Shown here: in pieces, positions 48,482 through 60,777 of the stretch
Layout: each line of letters starts with the position of its first letter
Numbering within the stretch: the stretch's first letter is position 1
Source of the DNA: Raja brachyura
Lineage: Eukaryota
DNA length: 64,000 bases
Direction of reading: 5' to 3'
NCBI GenBank assembly: GCA_963514005.1
Contig: OY740813.1
Location: 8,370,001-8,434,000, forward strand
The notes under the pieces: model-generated
Database searches by the model: none
Seen by the model: the letters and a program-made list of their open reading frames with translations, nothing else
Told to the model about the DNA's origin: nothing
Position numbers and translations under genes: made by a program

Positions 48482-49958
48482 GTACGCAATTCCTGACTCT
48501 CGGTGTTACGGTTCTGGTGCTTCTATTCCCACCTTAGACTGGTGCGTGCTTGGTGAAGGTTCTCTCTGCCTCGGCCACTCTCTTGTGCTCTGCCTTGTGC
48601 GTACGCTCTCCTGCGTACGTGCGAGCGTTCTCTTCCATCTATCCTTCAACACTTGAAGCCACAATCATTATTCCTTGGGTGACAAATCCACAATCCTTGG
48701 CTGTTGAAGCCACTTCCTTGGCTGACGAATCGTTGCTCGTAGATCTGATTGCAAGGCCAGTTTGGCACGCCAGTAATTTTGGCACATTGATTGATATACA
48801 GCCAGAAGTGGGCTAATCCCTCTGCTAAGTGAACATGTCTGGGACAGTGCTAGTTTCCATGCTGTGGTACAGCACCTCAATAACTTTGGTAGACCTGGCC
48901 CTTTTGACTGTTATGTTCCATTCCCTCGGATGGAATTATTAAATCCCAGGCAATTTATTATTAAATTCCAGCCAAACGGTGCAAAATTCCAAATGTCGCA
49001 ACAAAGAAATGCAGATGCTGGTTAATGCACCAAAGAACCCAAAGAGCAGGAGTAACTCAGCAGGTCAGGCAGCGTCTCTGGAGTACATGGATCTGTGATG
49101 TTTTGGGTCAATGCACCTCTACAGACCCACTGCTTCTCACTCTCTGGGAAGCATCACTAAATATTGAATGAGATCGGAGGTGAAAGCTACAATTCTTTAC
49201 TTTAGAGCTGAGTGAGGCAGGTATGAACAGGGCTGGTTGTAACCTTTTTAATAATTATCCATCTCTGACTGTTAGCAGCAGATTTGTGACAAACTGGATG
49301 ATTTCATTGCCCACACCAGCAAGCTTGGGGGTTTTGAAGATTAAATTGATGCTAAATGTTTGGCATGTAGTCTAAACACATTTCAGTCCAGTATTCCTGA
49401 TCAAATGCATGCAGGATTTATCCTGCCCCATCACAGCATTTCCTGAAGACCATACACACATTATACACATGTGATGTGATGATAAAGGAGTTTTTGTCTC
49501 GTCCTAGAGAGAGCAAGTTGTCTAAACTAAATCTAGACACTAGACGAGGAAAACAGTAATACAAAACTCCAAAGTTGGCCATTTTGGTTAATACCTCCAT
49601 GCACAATAAGCTGCTTGTTGATTGAGTGCTCTATAATGCTCTGCCTTTCCTCAGCAAACATCTATCAATCACATTCCAGTAGTTTTCACGCAACCCCCAA
49701 GACTTTCTCAAGGATATAGGAGAACAATTCCTGTTGTGAAGTGCAACGGAATGAGTTGAAGATGGACGGAGACCGATCATTGAAGCATTAGTCTGGCTTG
49801 CATTCAAACTGGGATGCCTCCAGGTTTGCCAGCTGAGTTGTGGATTGTTTCTGGTTTAGAAGGCAGGAGCACCATGCTGGGTTTCTATCTGGGTGAGGGC
49901 TGCCTAGTGTTTTTCCCCACGCCGCCTGCTGCTTTGACACTGGTCTGTCTTGTTTCAG

Positions 49959-50138
49959 CCATACGGGAGACGCTCGAGAACTACCTCCGAGTCATCCAAT
50001 CACAGCATGGGCCGGGAGAGGCATCGATCGGCGGCGAACCAGCCGACACTTCCACCCCAGCCAGAGGTTGTTGACAGCAACAGTCAGGAGGGCAAGAAGG
50101 AACCTAAACGGGAGCAACCAGAGGGCAAAAAAGGAAAG
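49959..50138 (+). CDS. SEC16A: SEC16A coding exon 22
   Basis: tgtttcAG; PYGRRSRTTSESSNHSMGRER...EGKKGK; AAG|GTAAAA; 180 nt. Confidence 0.9.
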
Positions 50139-51657
50139 GTAAAAAGATTACCGAGTCAGTTATATACTTTGACAAAAAAAAATACACTATGCTGGAGTAA
50201 CCCAACAGACCAGGAGGCATCTCTGATTTAAAAATGACACAATGCTGGAGTAACTCAACGGATTAGGCAGCATCTCTGGAGGACGTGGATAAGTGATGTG
50301 TCAGGTCAGGACCCTTCAGACTGATTGTAATATAGGGAGAAAGAGAAGCTACGACAAACTAGTCGATGGTCTAGAATGCATTGTGTCACCTAAACACACT
50401 TGATCTCCAAATAAACACAGACCTTCGACCCCTCTGCCCCTAACCCACTCTGCAACTAAAAATGCACATTTTCACACTTTTTCTGGTTCTGCTGCAGACA
50501 TTGACCTAAAACATATATTTCTCCACATCCTCCTGAATATCCCCAACAGTTTGTTTCCGTGGGTTGGAAGTGGCAAGGTTGGCATTGCAGTGCTCACAGC
50601 GGCCTCGATACCCTACAGTTCTTGCAGCAGCCATAGAGGAATTGCATGTTGTTCCCGAGAAGAAAATGTTGATGATTTTAATGGAACAAATAAAGGATAA
50701 ACTATTTCTACTAGTCGGAATCCAGAGGCTAGCTTGGAAGTTGCACAACTTATGTTCTGAAAATGTAGAAGATGCAAATGCAACTACTCTTTGACTGGAA
50801 AGGGCAGAGAGGTGGCAACAATGAGGCAGATGGTCACCACCAACAAAGGGCATTTATTTCCGGGTCGGAATGGGAGCATTGAGATGGTATCCTATTTATT
50901 TCTTTGTTGCATCGTCTTCACGGGTACATGTCTCAAGGTGGGGCGGGGGTGGTGGGTTGCAGGGAGAGGAGCCGCTGGTGAAGTGAGCTTGCTGTAGCCG
51001 GGGGAACTACAGGAGGATGGAGTGATCCTCCCTGCCATGCATGGCACCCTCTCTTAGTATTGCATTCAGTTGGCAAAAGGAATTATAGTATCTGTGAATA
51101 TGAATACTATTAAGATGGTCTACTCTTTCTTAGGGTCTTTTAATTGTAGGTTGCGGAGAATTGTGCCTGGGAATGGAACATTTTTGATTTCAGGAACCTG
51201 GAATTCAATCAAAAGTTCCTCATAGGGTACAGCAAAATGGAGTAGTGTTTCTTCTCCTTGCCTTCCCTCCTATAGTGCAAACTTCATGACCCGTACAAGA
51301 ATTGCATTTGCTTTCCACTTCCCTTCGCTACACTTCTTCGGTTGAACTGAATCCACAATGTGTTTGCATCGACGACAAGAGTTCAATAGCATTCTAATTT
51401 TGTACCAGTCTCAAAATGATCTGCTGGTGTGGGTGTTCATTGGGTCTAAGAATTGAACACTTGTTCGGGGGGAGAGGTGGCAGGTGTTGTGGTATCAACT
51501 GTTGCTATATTGGTATAAGGTTCTGGTCCTGCTTGCTGTCAAGTTAGGCAGTTAACTTTTCTAATTACCTTGAACGTAGGTTGACCCATGCCGGCTAGGG
51601 TCGTGAAGAAAATGCAGGCGTGTTTACTTGACGCAGTTGGTGAGACTGCAGCCTCTC

Positions 51658-52092
51658 CCTCAATTCAATTCAATCTTTAATTGTCATTGTGCAGTGTACA
51701 GTACAGAGACAACAAAATGCAGTTAGCATCTCCCCAGAAGAGTGATGATGAACGGTAAAATATATATATGTACAAACAGTATCAGTAGTGCAATTATACT
51801 GGGGGAAGGAGTGTCCGGGGGGGTGACTGGCAATCACCGAGGTGCAGAGTTAAGTATTGTAACAGCCGCAGGGAAGAAGCTGTTCCTGAACCTGCTGGTC
51901 CGGCAACGGAGGGACCTGTAGCGCCTCCCGGATGGGAGGAGGGTAAACAGTCTGTGGCTGGGGTGAGACCAGTCCTTGACGATGCTGCGCGCCCTTCGCA
52001 GACATCGCTTGCTATGGACAGACTCAATGGAGGGGAGTGAGGAACCGGTGATGCGTTGGGCAGTTTTCACCACCCTCTGCAGTGCTTTCTGG
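51658..52092 (-). mobile_element. Rex1-like LINE 3' fragment
   Basis: VKTAQRITGSSLPSIESVHSKRCLRRARSIVKDWSHPSHRLFTLLPSGRRYRS; (ttgaa)n tail. Confidence 0.88.
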
Positions 52093-52176
52093 GGTTAATT
52101 CCCTCCTCCTTAGGCAGGGAATTAAAAATAAATTCCTTTAAAAAGACACTCATTTTGGTTTTTTCCTGTGCCTCAG

Positions 52177-52248
52177 GGTGGGTGGCTAAGCTGGTTACGG
52201 ACCAGCAAGAAGAATGAAGCCCATTTACCAGATGACAAAAATAAATCG
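52177..52248 (+). CDS. SEC16A: SEC16A coding exon 23 (C-terminal conserved domain)
   Basis: cctcAG; GGWLSWLRTSKKNEAHLPDDKNKS; TCG|GTGAGT; 72 nt. Confidence 0.95.
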
Positions 52249-53195
52249 GTGAGTGCTTGTCCAGGCAGTGAAGTGGGGGGGGGGGGGGGGGGGAGGAGAG
52301 ATGGATGATGGCGATTCTGCTGAGGTCCTCTAGAAAAGGCCCTGATACTCTGGGTTAAGCAGCAGGTTTTGTGCGGTGCATCTTTTGGGATTGACATTGG
52401 TTGTGGCAAGGGCAATTATCTATAGGAAGGACCCATGCGGAGGTTAAGCTATAGAAGCTGGGAACGGCAGAGAGGGTATGTGAAAATTGAGAGGGGCTGA
52501 AAAAGGGAGTCGGCTGTCAAGGAGAGAGGGACGCGGATCGATGAGTGGGGAGACTGAGGCACCCGAAGAGGCTGACGGAGATGATTGGTGGGGGGGGACA
52601 GGGAAGAAGAGAGATGGAGGGGAACTGAGGAAAGGAATGTGTGCAAGAGTTTGTTAATAAGCATTCAGTGGATGGCCAGAGTGCACCAGTGTGTACTTGG
52701 TATGTGTCTGACTGTAGGTTTGCTAAGTCTGTGCATCTGTCTCCTATCATGGGCAGCCCTGCCATGGGACCAAGGTTTCACCCTCAAGACTGCTTGGCAG
52801 CTGGTTTGCAATGTCTATCGCAAGATATAAGAAATGGTGCACAAGTAGCCACTCTTCCTCAGTGAAAGCAATTCATCTTCTAACTTGAGAGACTGCCTTA
52901 GAAGATGGTCTTGAAGATGGTAGTGGTCTCTCTGAGGGAACATTCAACTGCTATTTGACTTGCTGACACATTTTTACAGTGTCGATTGTAGTTTTACGTT
53001 CTTCCACAAAACATCCTTTTTGCTTCGAATGTTTGTCAGTGTTGGGCAAGGACATGCGCATTTGAGCAGAATTCTCCACACCTAAACATGCCTGCTGGGT
53101 GTCAGATACACAAGGGGGGTTGTTTACCCTGTACTACAGTCAGCCTTGGGTTGGGACATGAGATCTGAACTATTTGCCTCCTATCTTATGCCTAG

Positions 53196-53252
53196 ATTGT
53201 GTGGGATGAGAAGAGGCAGCGATGGGTGAACATGAATGAACCAGAGGAAGAG
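53196..53252 (+). CDS. SEC16A: SEC16A coding exon 24
   Basis: gcctAG; IVWDEKRQRWVNMNEPEEE; GAG|GTAAGC; 57 nt. Confidence 0.96.
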
Positions 53253-53388
53253 GTAAGCATGCAGAAATTACCCTGCCGAGTACCTTTATTCAATTTTGTG
53301 ATGTGGGCATTGCTGCTGCCTTGCAATGCTGCTGATAGTTTTATTCAATGGTAGCTTCAGCAGGTAAGTAGAAATCAACCACAATGGT

Positions 53389-53549
53389 GTGTAGGAAAGG
53401 ACTGCAGTTGCTGGTTTAAATCGAAGGTAGACACAAAATGCTGGAGTAACTCAGCGGGACAGGCAACATCTCTGGAGAGATGGAATGGGTGACGTTTCGG
53501 GTCGAGACAGTAACTTCGGCTGAGTTACTCCAGCACTTTGTGTCTACCT
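53389..53549. mobile_element. Fold-back Penelope-derived element with internal deletion
   Basis: gtaggaaaggactgcag head; minus strand keeps gtctcgacccGAAACGTC; flanked by TCAACCACAAT duplication. Confidence 0.78.
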
Positions 53550-53561
53550 TCAACCACAATA

Positions 53562-54596
53562 TAGCAATGTTACAAAATTTTGAGATTTTAAAAATCAAGT
53601 CTGCAATTTAGCCCATCAGATAAAGCATAAAAATAAGTTTAATTTGACACCTAATTCACTTTCATATCTTCAGTATTAAAAAAGTTATGGCCGTTTTCCT
53701 ACTCGGAAATTAGCAACTTGCTTCCTATTGCTTTTCTATTGACTTAACACAAAAGTTGTGATCGAGGACAGTCAAAAGCCCATAACTTTCTTAAAAATTA
53801 AGAGAACTGAAAGAAATTTTCAGTTATTATAGATTGAAGTATTCTGAAACAAATATGAAATAATCTTACTTGGATGACCTGAAATTAAAGCATATAATTA
53901 GTTAGTTACCCAATTGTAGCCAATTACAAAATTCAATTACTAGATCTAAACGTCTATCCATTTCTTAAGAAAAAAATTTAAAGCCTAAGTGTCCAATTAA
54001 CATTCACACAATAATTCACAATATAACATGATTTTTAAATCTCATTGTCATTAATTTATATGCCAAATTGAAGGAATTTAGTGTTTAATGCCCATAAATG
54101 AATGGGCATTTTAAACAGCTTGCGAGTGGGATTTTCTGGAACGTGATGGATTAGAACGTTGCGGTGAATTTAAACCCAATATCGGCAGGAAAGATTCTGC
54201 CGGTTCGTATGGGGACTAAATCACCATTTCGCAACATTAAATCTTGATTAAGGTAATCTAAAAAAGCAGGTTTATATGTAAAAATAAACAGCTTTCACTT
54301 ACCTGTCCCCTACGTAAAATCCGTCCCCGTTGTCGGCATTCACGGCATTGGGAGCTAATTTTTATTTTACTCCAGCGCTGAAATAGCCGGGCTATTTATT
54401 TTTAAAAAATGAACTTACCGGCAGTCGAAACGAATCTCCAGAAATAGATCGCACTCCGAGGAAATATAGCTCCGGATGTCAAGGGGAAAACCGCATTTTA
54501 ACCCTGCGCCCCCACCCCCTTAAAGGCGTCAAAGTCGTGCACACGGCCAATGACAGAACTGCAGCACCGTTAAAGGTAAGTTTTGTAACATACCTA
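53562..54596. mobile_element. Non-autonomous DNA transposon with TAG...CTA termini and 7-bp TSD (hAT-like)
   Basis: TIRs TAGCAATGTTACAAAA / TTTTGTAACATACCTA (14/16 match); CACAATA at 53555-53561 and 54597-54603. Confidence 0.82.
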
Positions 54597-54791
54597 CACA
54601 ATAGTGTTGGATTGAAATCGTATGCCCACAGTTGGCAAGGATGGCAAGTAATCTTCCCTGCAGCTGTCAGTAATCTAGATGGGCTTTATGATACCGTTTA
54701 AATTGAATTCACACAGCTCGTGGTGTGATGTGAATGGATATTCAAACCATGTAGATGTTGAAGTCGTGGCTGAATGATCTGAGGGATGTTA

Positions 54792-54999
54792 AGGGCATGT
54801 CCCACTTTGCCATCATTTGCGCGTAATTTACACAACATCATTTACGCGTCATGACGCACGCGTCGTGACACGCACGTGATGCCGCATGGTGCGTGATGAC
54901 ATAGGCAGTGACGAGCGGAGTCGCTGGATTTTGTGGTGTACAAAATCTTTGCGCGCCAACTGCGTGAAGCGCAAATGACGGCCAAGTGGGACAGGCCCT
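54792..54999. mobile_element. PIF/Harbinger-type MITE (same TIR family as 27278)
   Basis: AGGGCATGTCCCACTT...AAGTGGGACAGGCCCT; TTA/TTG flanks. Confidence 0.8.
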
Positions 55000-55532
55000 T
55001 TGGTTTTTAATATTCACACTCTGCGGGAGGATATAGTGTGGGGAGCTTTCAACCAAGCCACGGGATGCTGGGTTAACTGGTCTTAAACCAGTGACGGTGG
55101 GTCATATTGCACTTGACTTCGTGTCAATGAGCCAGGGAAATGGAAAATCAAGCTGGGTCCTGCTCTTGTTGCCATTTAATGATGGTAGTTGAGTGCAGGA
55201 TATGGAAAGCGTCGATCCTGCTGACGATCACTATCCACAAACTGCAGAGTTTATTTACTCGAGGACGATCTGTCCTAAGATTTGTTGGACGCGGTTGAAA
55301 AAGGCCTTTGATGGCTGTGACCTGCCAAAGTCTATCGGTGCAGTATTGGGGGCAGGGCTTCAGGTTCTGACATCTGATGCCTGATCCGCTCCCAGAGTAG
55401 TCAGGAATTTGTTGAATCATATGGCACGGCCTAGAATGGAAGAACTAATTTAAACAATATTTCCCACACTTGGAGTTTGAAGCGAGTTGGAGGTTGCTAA
55501 TAATTAGCACTTCGTTACTTGTATTTTTGCAG

Positions 55533-55644
55533 AGGAAACCTCTCCTGCCGCCGCCAAGCCTACCCATGCCTGGCCTTCCCTCGGGTTCAAGTCCTTTGTC
55601 CTTCGGCAGCCATCCATCTGTCAACAGGTTCTCCAGGAAAGCAG
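55533..55644 (+). CDS. SEC16A: SEC16A coding exon 25
   Basis: ttttgcAG; RKPLLPPPSLP...PSVNRFSRKA; G|GTGAGA; 112 nt. Confidence 0.93.
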
Positions 55645-57060
55645 GTGAGATTTTGGGTGAGGAACTCTTTTCCACTGTCTTTGGCAAACTGAATTAGTTA
55701 ACTCCCATTTCTGCACAAAATATACTGTTCATTCAGATGCCGAACATACTTAACCAATGAAGCACTTTTGAAGTGTATTTGTTGATGCTATGCAAGAAAT
55801 CTGGCAGGCAATTTTGTCTAAATGGAGCCCCTGATGAGGGGTTCATTTTTGGACAGGGTAGGTAGAGACAGCACAGAAAGAAACTGTCCGAGTCCACACT
55901 GCCCATCAAACACCAATTTAGGCTAATCCTACCCTACCATGTTACTCTCTTCGCTTTCCCATCAACACCCCAGATTCTACCATCAGCTACTCACTAGTTG
56001 AGGCAATTTACAGCTCCAATTAACCTAACAATCTGCACAATTTTTAAACTGGGAGGAAACTGAAGTGTGCAAATGTCACACAGACAACAGTGGAGGTCGG
56101 GATCCAACCTGACTAAGACAGCAGCGCTGGTAGGTATGCTGCTCCTAAAGGGGAGAAAGGGATGCAGGATAATTCTCTGCCATGGGATCTTTCACATTTA
56201 AATAGCAGAAATTCTCTCAACCCACATTTATGTGGAATTGTGACTTTTTGACGCTGTCTTAATTCCACTGCTGGTATCATAGTGTCATTAGTTCAGTATG
56301 CATGTACCTCAGAATGTCCAAACCCGTGGTCCGTCCCCCCCCCCCCCCCCCCCCCATGCTAACAATGAACACCTGGTCGCTGTTCTTTTGGAAGACAGGA
56401 GGAAGAGGAAGCCGTTCACTGCTTTGCTTTCAGTTGCATTTGGTTTGATTTGAGGTTCAAATTCATTTGCCCATCTTTTTCTCTATATTCCTGGATTCTC
56501 GATAGTCCACTAACAACATTATCTCAGACTTGAAAGACTCAAAAGCACTCTGCATTTTAGAGATTTGGGATGCAGATTTTCACTATTATATATTTTGCCT
56601 CCTTGCTCTAATTCTGTTATACCTCTTGTGCTGCTCTCTTTCTGTACAACTGAACAACACTTCCTTGTTTCTCTATTCCATTCCTCTAACAGTAAATTCC
56701 ATCATAAGAACATAACATTGGAGAATTTCAACTGTTTCTCTGCACAATGCAGAGAATTGGTTATTTTGGTTCAGTGTAAATTTTTGTAAATTAAAAGCAA
56801 ATGTATGTAGTTCTGCAGTTCAATACTATCGTGGATGATTCCCCTCTCGCTCTCTATTAGTCAGTTTGTTTCTATTTCATTTCCTGGACACTTTTTAAAA
56901 ATATTTTATGTGAATCCCTAAAGTTCAAATTATGTGCTTCCACAGATCTGGATTTCTTGCTATTTAGAAAATGTTCCCATTATATTCAGAGAGGTATCTC
57001 TATTTGAACACTGCTCAATGAATTTTCTGCTTTCTTCCCTCTCTCCCTCCCCAACAATAG

Positions 57061-57195
57061 GTACAAAAGCTCGTTATGTGGATGTACTGAATCCCAGTGG
57101 AGCCCGAGCAAATGGGGGTCTCCCAGCTCCGATAGACCTCTTTGCCCCCCTCGCACCAATGCCTATCCCCACCAACTTGTTTGTGCCGGTACCAG
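57061..57195 (+). CDS. SEC16A: SEC16A coding exon 26
   Basis: pyrimidine tract-caatAG; GTKARYVDVLNPSG...DLFAPLAPMPIPTNLFVPVP; G|GTATGA; 135 nt. Confidence 0.96.
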
Positions 57196-57310
57196 GTATG
57201 ATACACTTCTATATTAATAATAATAATATCTTTTGTCATTACATATAAGTGCAACGACATTTGGTTTGCAACTTCCATCCGATGTCATAACTTAAACGAC
57301 TAATAAAATT

Positions 57311-57655
57311 TAAGGTTTAGATACCCCGAGAACAAGGTTTGTGAAAAGAACATTAGAACAGTAAAAGTCAAAACAGACTACAGTGCAGATGTGTCTGTGC
57401 GACGTGACCATGCGAGGGAGACAGTCCATGGGGGGGGGGGTGGGAGACACTCAGCAGGGCCGGTTCAGAGCCGCTATAGCTCTGGGAATGAAGCTGTTCC
57501 TGAGTCTGGAGGTGCGGGCGTAGAAGGCCTTGTAACGTCTGCCGGAAGGGAGTAGTTCAAACAGTCCATTACAAGGGTGTGAGGAGTCTTTATGGATGCT
57601 GACGGCCTTCCTGAGGCACCGTGTGTGGTAGATGCCCTCCAAGGCTGGTAGCGGT
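57311..57655 (-). mobile_element. Rex1-like LINE 3' fragment
   Basis: LPALEGIYHTRCLRKAVSIHKDSSHPCNGLFELLPSGRRY...RNSFIPRAI. Confidence 0.88.
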
Positions 57656-58309
57656 TGTATTCTTGTTACCGTTTGGATATTTTGGCTCTGCCTTTGCAGC
57701 CCTGAAATACTGGGGTTTCCCAATAAATGCTTGCATCTTTTCATGGCCTGGGACAGGTCAGCGATTTACAGCAAATAAAATAACTTGGTTATTGTTTGGT
57801 TGCAGTGTTCCTTGCATTAAATGTAGCAAATTCCAGAAACAAAAAAATAATAAACCAGTTTCTATTGTTGGTTGAGAGTTAAGTATTGGTCCAAGATATG
57901 ACAACTTGCCTACTTTACAATAAGAGTCCCATGGTATATTTTGCACCCATTTGACTACTACCTGCATTTCATATTTCTCCCTCAGCCCTGTCTAGCTCTG
58001 CTGCACAGGATAATCAACTTGAATCCTATATTGACTCTAATTTGATAATACTCCCCATACCCACTGTTGAGAAGTAGAATAGCTTGGAGAGTGTTTATTA
58101 ATTGTCAAAAATCAGTGTGTTGGAACAATCCTCTGAGGTATAAGGGTCCATGCATGAGATTCGTTGCTTCTACTTTCTTACTCGGCTACTAATATTCTGA
58201 TCTTTGGTTTGTTTCCACCCTGGCATTGTGGTTTAAACCACTCTTCAAACTATCTAGGCCACTGTGCTTGTCAGAACTAAATTAATGCCCTTGTTTGCCA
58301 TTTTTACAG

Positions 58310-58398
58310 GAGAGGGACCTCTGCCTCCTGAAGGAAGTCCAGCAGAGATTTCACAGTCCGTGGAGCAGATGAACTCTGAGGCTAATTTACAGGCCCAG
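58310..58398 (+). CDS. SEC16A: SEC16A coding exon 27
   Basis: tttttacAG; EGPLPPEGSPAEISQSVEQMNSEANLQAQ; CAG|GTACTA; 89 nt, restores phase 1 to 0. Confidence 0.88.
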
Positions 58399-58809
58399 GT
58401 ACTAAATTGAACTGGATTTATTGCTGATTATTAAAAAAAAACAATTTTTTGTCTTCTCAATCTGGGCAACCTTTCATAATTATTAAGATATTGATAAATT
58501 CATTATTTGTGTTCCATTACCATTAATAATTTGCATGCCCCCTCCCTCTCCATGTTTTGGGTACTTTGTCTCACTGTGGTATAGGCTCCTACTGAACCAG
58601 ATGTCTTCTCGTGGCTGTGAAGTGTGAACCTTGTCTCCTGGTGTGGTACAGTACCAGCGGGTGTTGAACCCATGGCGTTTTTGTTGGATGAGCGTAGCCC
58701 ACTGTAATTCTTCTCCCCATCCCAGCTAGTACCATTACAATCTGCGGCATGCCGGCTAATACAGCAGTGACTACACGTCAAAAGAAACTTAATTGGTTAC
58801 AACACTCTT

Positions 58810-59392
58810 CATAGAAACATAGAAAATAGGTCAGGAGGAGGTCATTCGGCCCTTCGAGCCTGCACCGCCATTCATTGCGAGCATGGCTGTTCGTCCCCAA
58901 ACAATAACCCATGCCTGCCTTCTCCCCGTATCCCTTGATTCCACTAGCCCCATGAGCTCTATCTAACTGTCTCTTAAATCCAGGGAATTCCATAAATTCA
59001 CAACTCTCTGGGTGAAAACGTTTTTTCTCGCCTCAGTCTTAAATTGCCTCCCCTTTATTCTCAGACTGTGGCCCCTGGTTCTGGACTTGCCCAACATTGG
59101 GAACATTTTTCCTGCATCTAGCTTGTCCAGTCCTTTTATAATTTTATAAGTTTCTATAAGATCTCTCCTCCCCCCCCCCCCCCCCCTCCCCCCATCCTTC
59201 TTAACTCCAGTGAATACAACGCTAGTCTTTTCAATCTTTCCTCACATGGCAGTCCCGCCATCCCAGGAATCAATCTCGTGAACCTACACTGCAATGCCTC
59301 AATCACAAGGATGTCCTTCCTCAAATTAGCAGACCAAAACTGTACGCAATACTCCAGATGTGGTCTTACCAGAGCCCTATACAACTGCGGAA
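58810..59392 (-). mobile_element. CR1 LINE 3' fragment
   Basis: LYRALVRPHLEYCVQFWS...LYSLELRRM plus CR1 tail. Confidence 0.9.
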
Positions 59393-59494
59393 GAATGGCT
59401 CTGTGGTGTACACCACTTCATGGTGTAGAGGCTGTGAGAAATGCTGGAATAATGCCTTTCTTTGCCATCTGTTTAATGTTGACCTGTTTTGCAG

Positions 59495-59566
59495 GTCCCT
59501 CCTCCTGCACAAGGAGGCTCTGCACAAGGAGCTGTTCAGTTTTACAACCCTGCTCAGTTTGCCCAA
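59495..59566 (+). CDS. SEC16A: SEC16A coding exon 28
   Basis: ttttgcAG; VPPPAQGGSAQGAVQFYNPAQFAQ; CAA|GTAAGT; 72 nt. Confidence 0.93.
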
Positions 59567-60717
59567 GTAAGTAGTTTGATTTGAGTTAATATAAGCTCTG
59601 CTTTGGACTATGGTTTAAACCTTGGTAATGTTGGTATAACGATGAACATGTGTTTTAGACCTGTAAAATATTCCATTGCCAATATTTAATGTTCAATTCC
59701 AAGAGAGCTGTGCTTTGAATTATCGAAGTTACTACAAAGGAAGCTATCACTCCATCATGACCAAAAGAGCCATCCAGCCCTTTCCCATTTTTCAGCCACA
59801 CCTCATGAACTATCCTTTAAAAGCATTAAGGGGTTCTGTGTTTCAAGGATTGCCATTTTCCGGGTGGGAGTGAGATGTGGAGAGGAGAAATCCTGTTGTT
59901 TCTTTAATAGTTAAACGATCACCATGTGTTGTTGCCCCCTGCTACTCTCCCTCCGTCTATCCTTCCCAGGTCTTTCATAATCTTATCCACCTCAGTAAGG
60001 CTTAGAGTGGTCTGGGCCAAACGTGGGCAAATGGGACTGACTTTGACTCTAAATCATTGCTCGGCCTCGTGTTCCAATGAAAAGACCTAGCCAGTCCAGC
60101 CATGCAATTAAAATTCTCCAGCCTTTGCCACATCTGATAAAACCTTTCTCCTCTCTAGTGCTATCACAACACTCCTGGACTGTGCACACACTGCATTTAG
60201 TGTTGCCTAACTACCTTTAGGCAGAGCTGACGTGGCAACCTACTCTTCCAAGTTTCAGCCAATGTAATTATACTGGGTCTTACGACTCTTATTTAAGTGA
60301 CAAGACCTTTAGACAGGCATATGGAAATGTTGGAAATGGATTGCCTGCAGGCAGAGGAGATTAACTTGGCATCATGGTTGGCACAGACACTGTGGGTCAA
60401 AGGGCCCGTTCCTTTGCTATGTTTTATCTTGTGGGATTTCTGCGCATGCAGTCCAAAATGCATTTATTAAGTCTTCCGAAATGTACCCCTATCCAACCCA
60501 TGCCGTACTTGCCCTGGGTTATTTGGTACAGTGTGGGAGAGGTCAAATGGAAGAAGAACTTGCTTGGCAGTATTTGATGGGTCAGTAAGGAAGTGTATTC
60601 TGCTTTGGATCGGTGATGTTTCTGCCCTGGGAAAGCTGCACCTGACGGAACCGTTTAACAGCATAATCCATTTTGATGCTTCTGTTACTAATTGATAATT
60701 TGACCTCTGATTTCCAG

Positions 60718-60777
60718 CCCACTGCAGCTTCTCGACCGGGACGGTTCGGGCAAAGAAAATATCCAACGCTGAAATAA
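60718..60777 (+). CDS. SEC16A: SEC16A terminal coding exon 29
   Basis: tttccAG; PTAASRPGRFGQRKYPTLK-TAA, matching the G-R-x-G-Q-R-K C-terminus of SEC16A. Confidence 0.93.
   Translation, partial: PTAASRPGRFGQRKYPTLK

Noticed and set aside
18501-60777. Possible identity as SEC16B
   Set aside because: The long N-terminal region starting MQPPP and the C-terminal LPDDKNKSIVWDE / RYVDVLNP / GQRK domain are SEC16A features.
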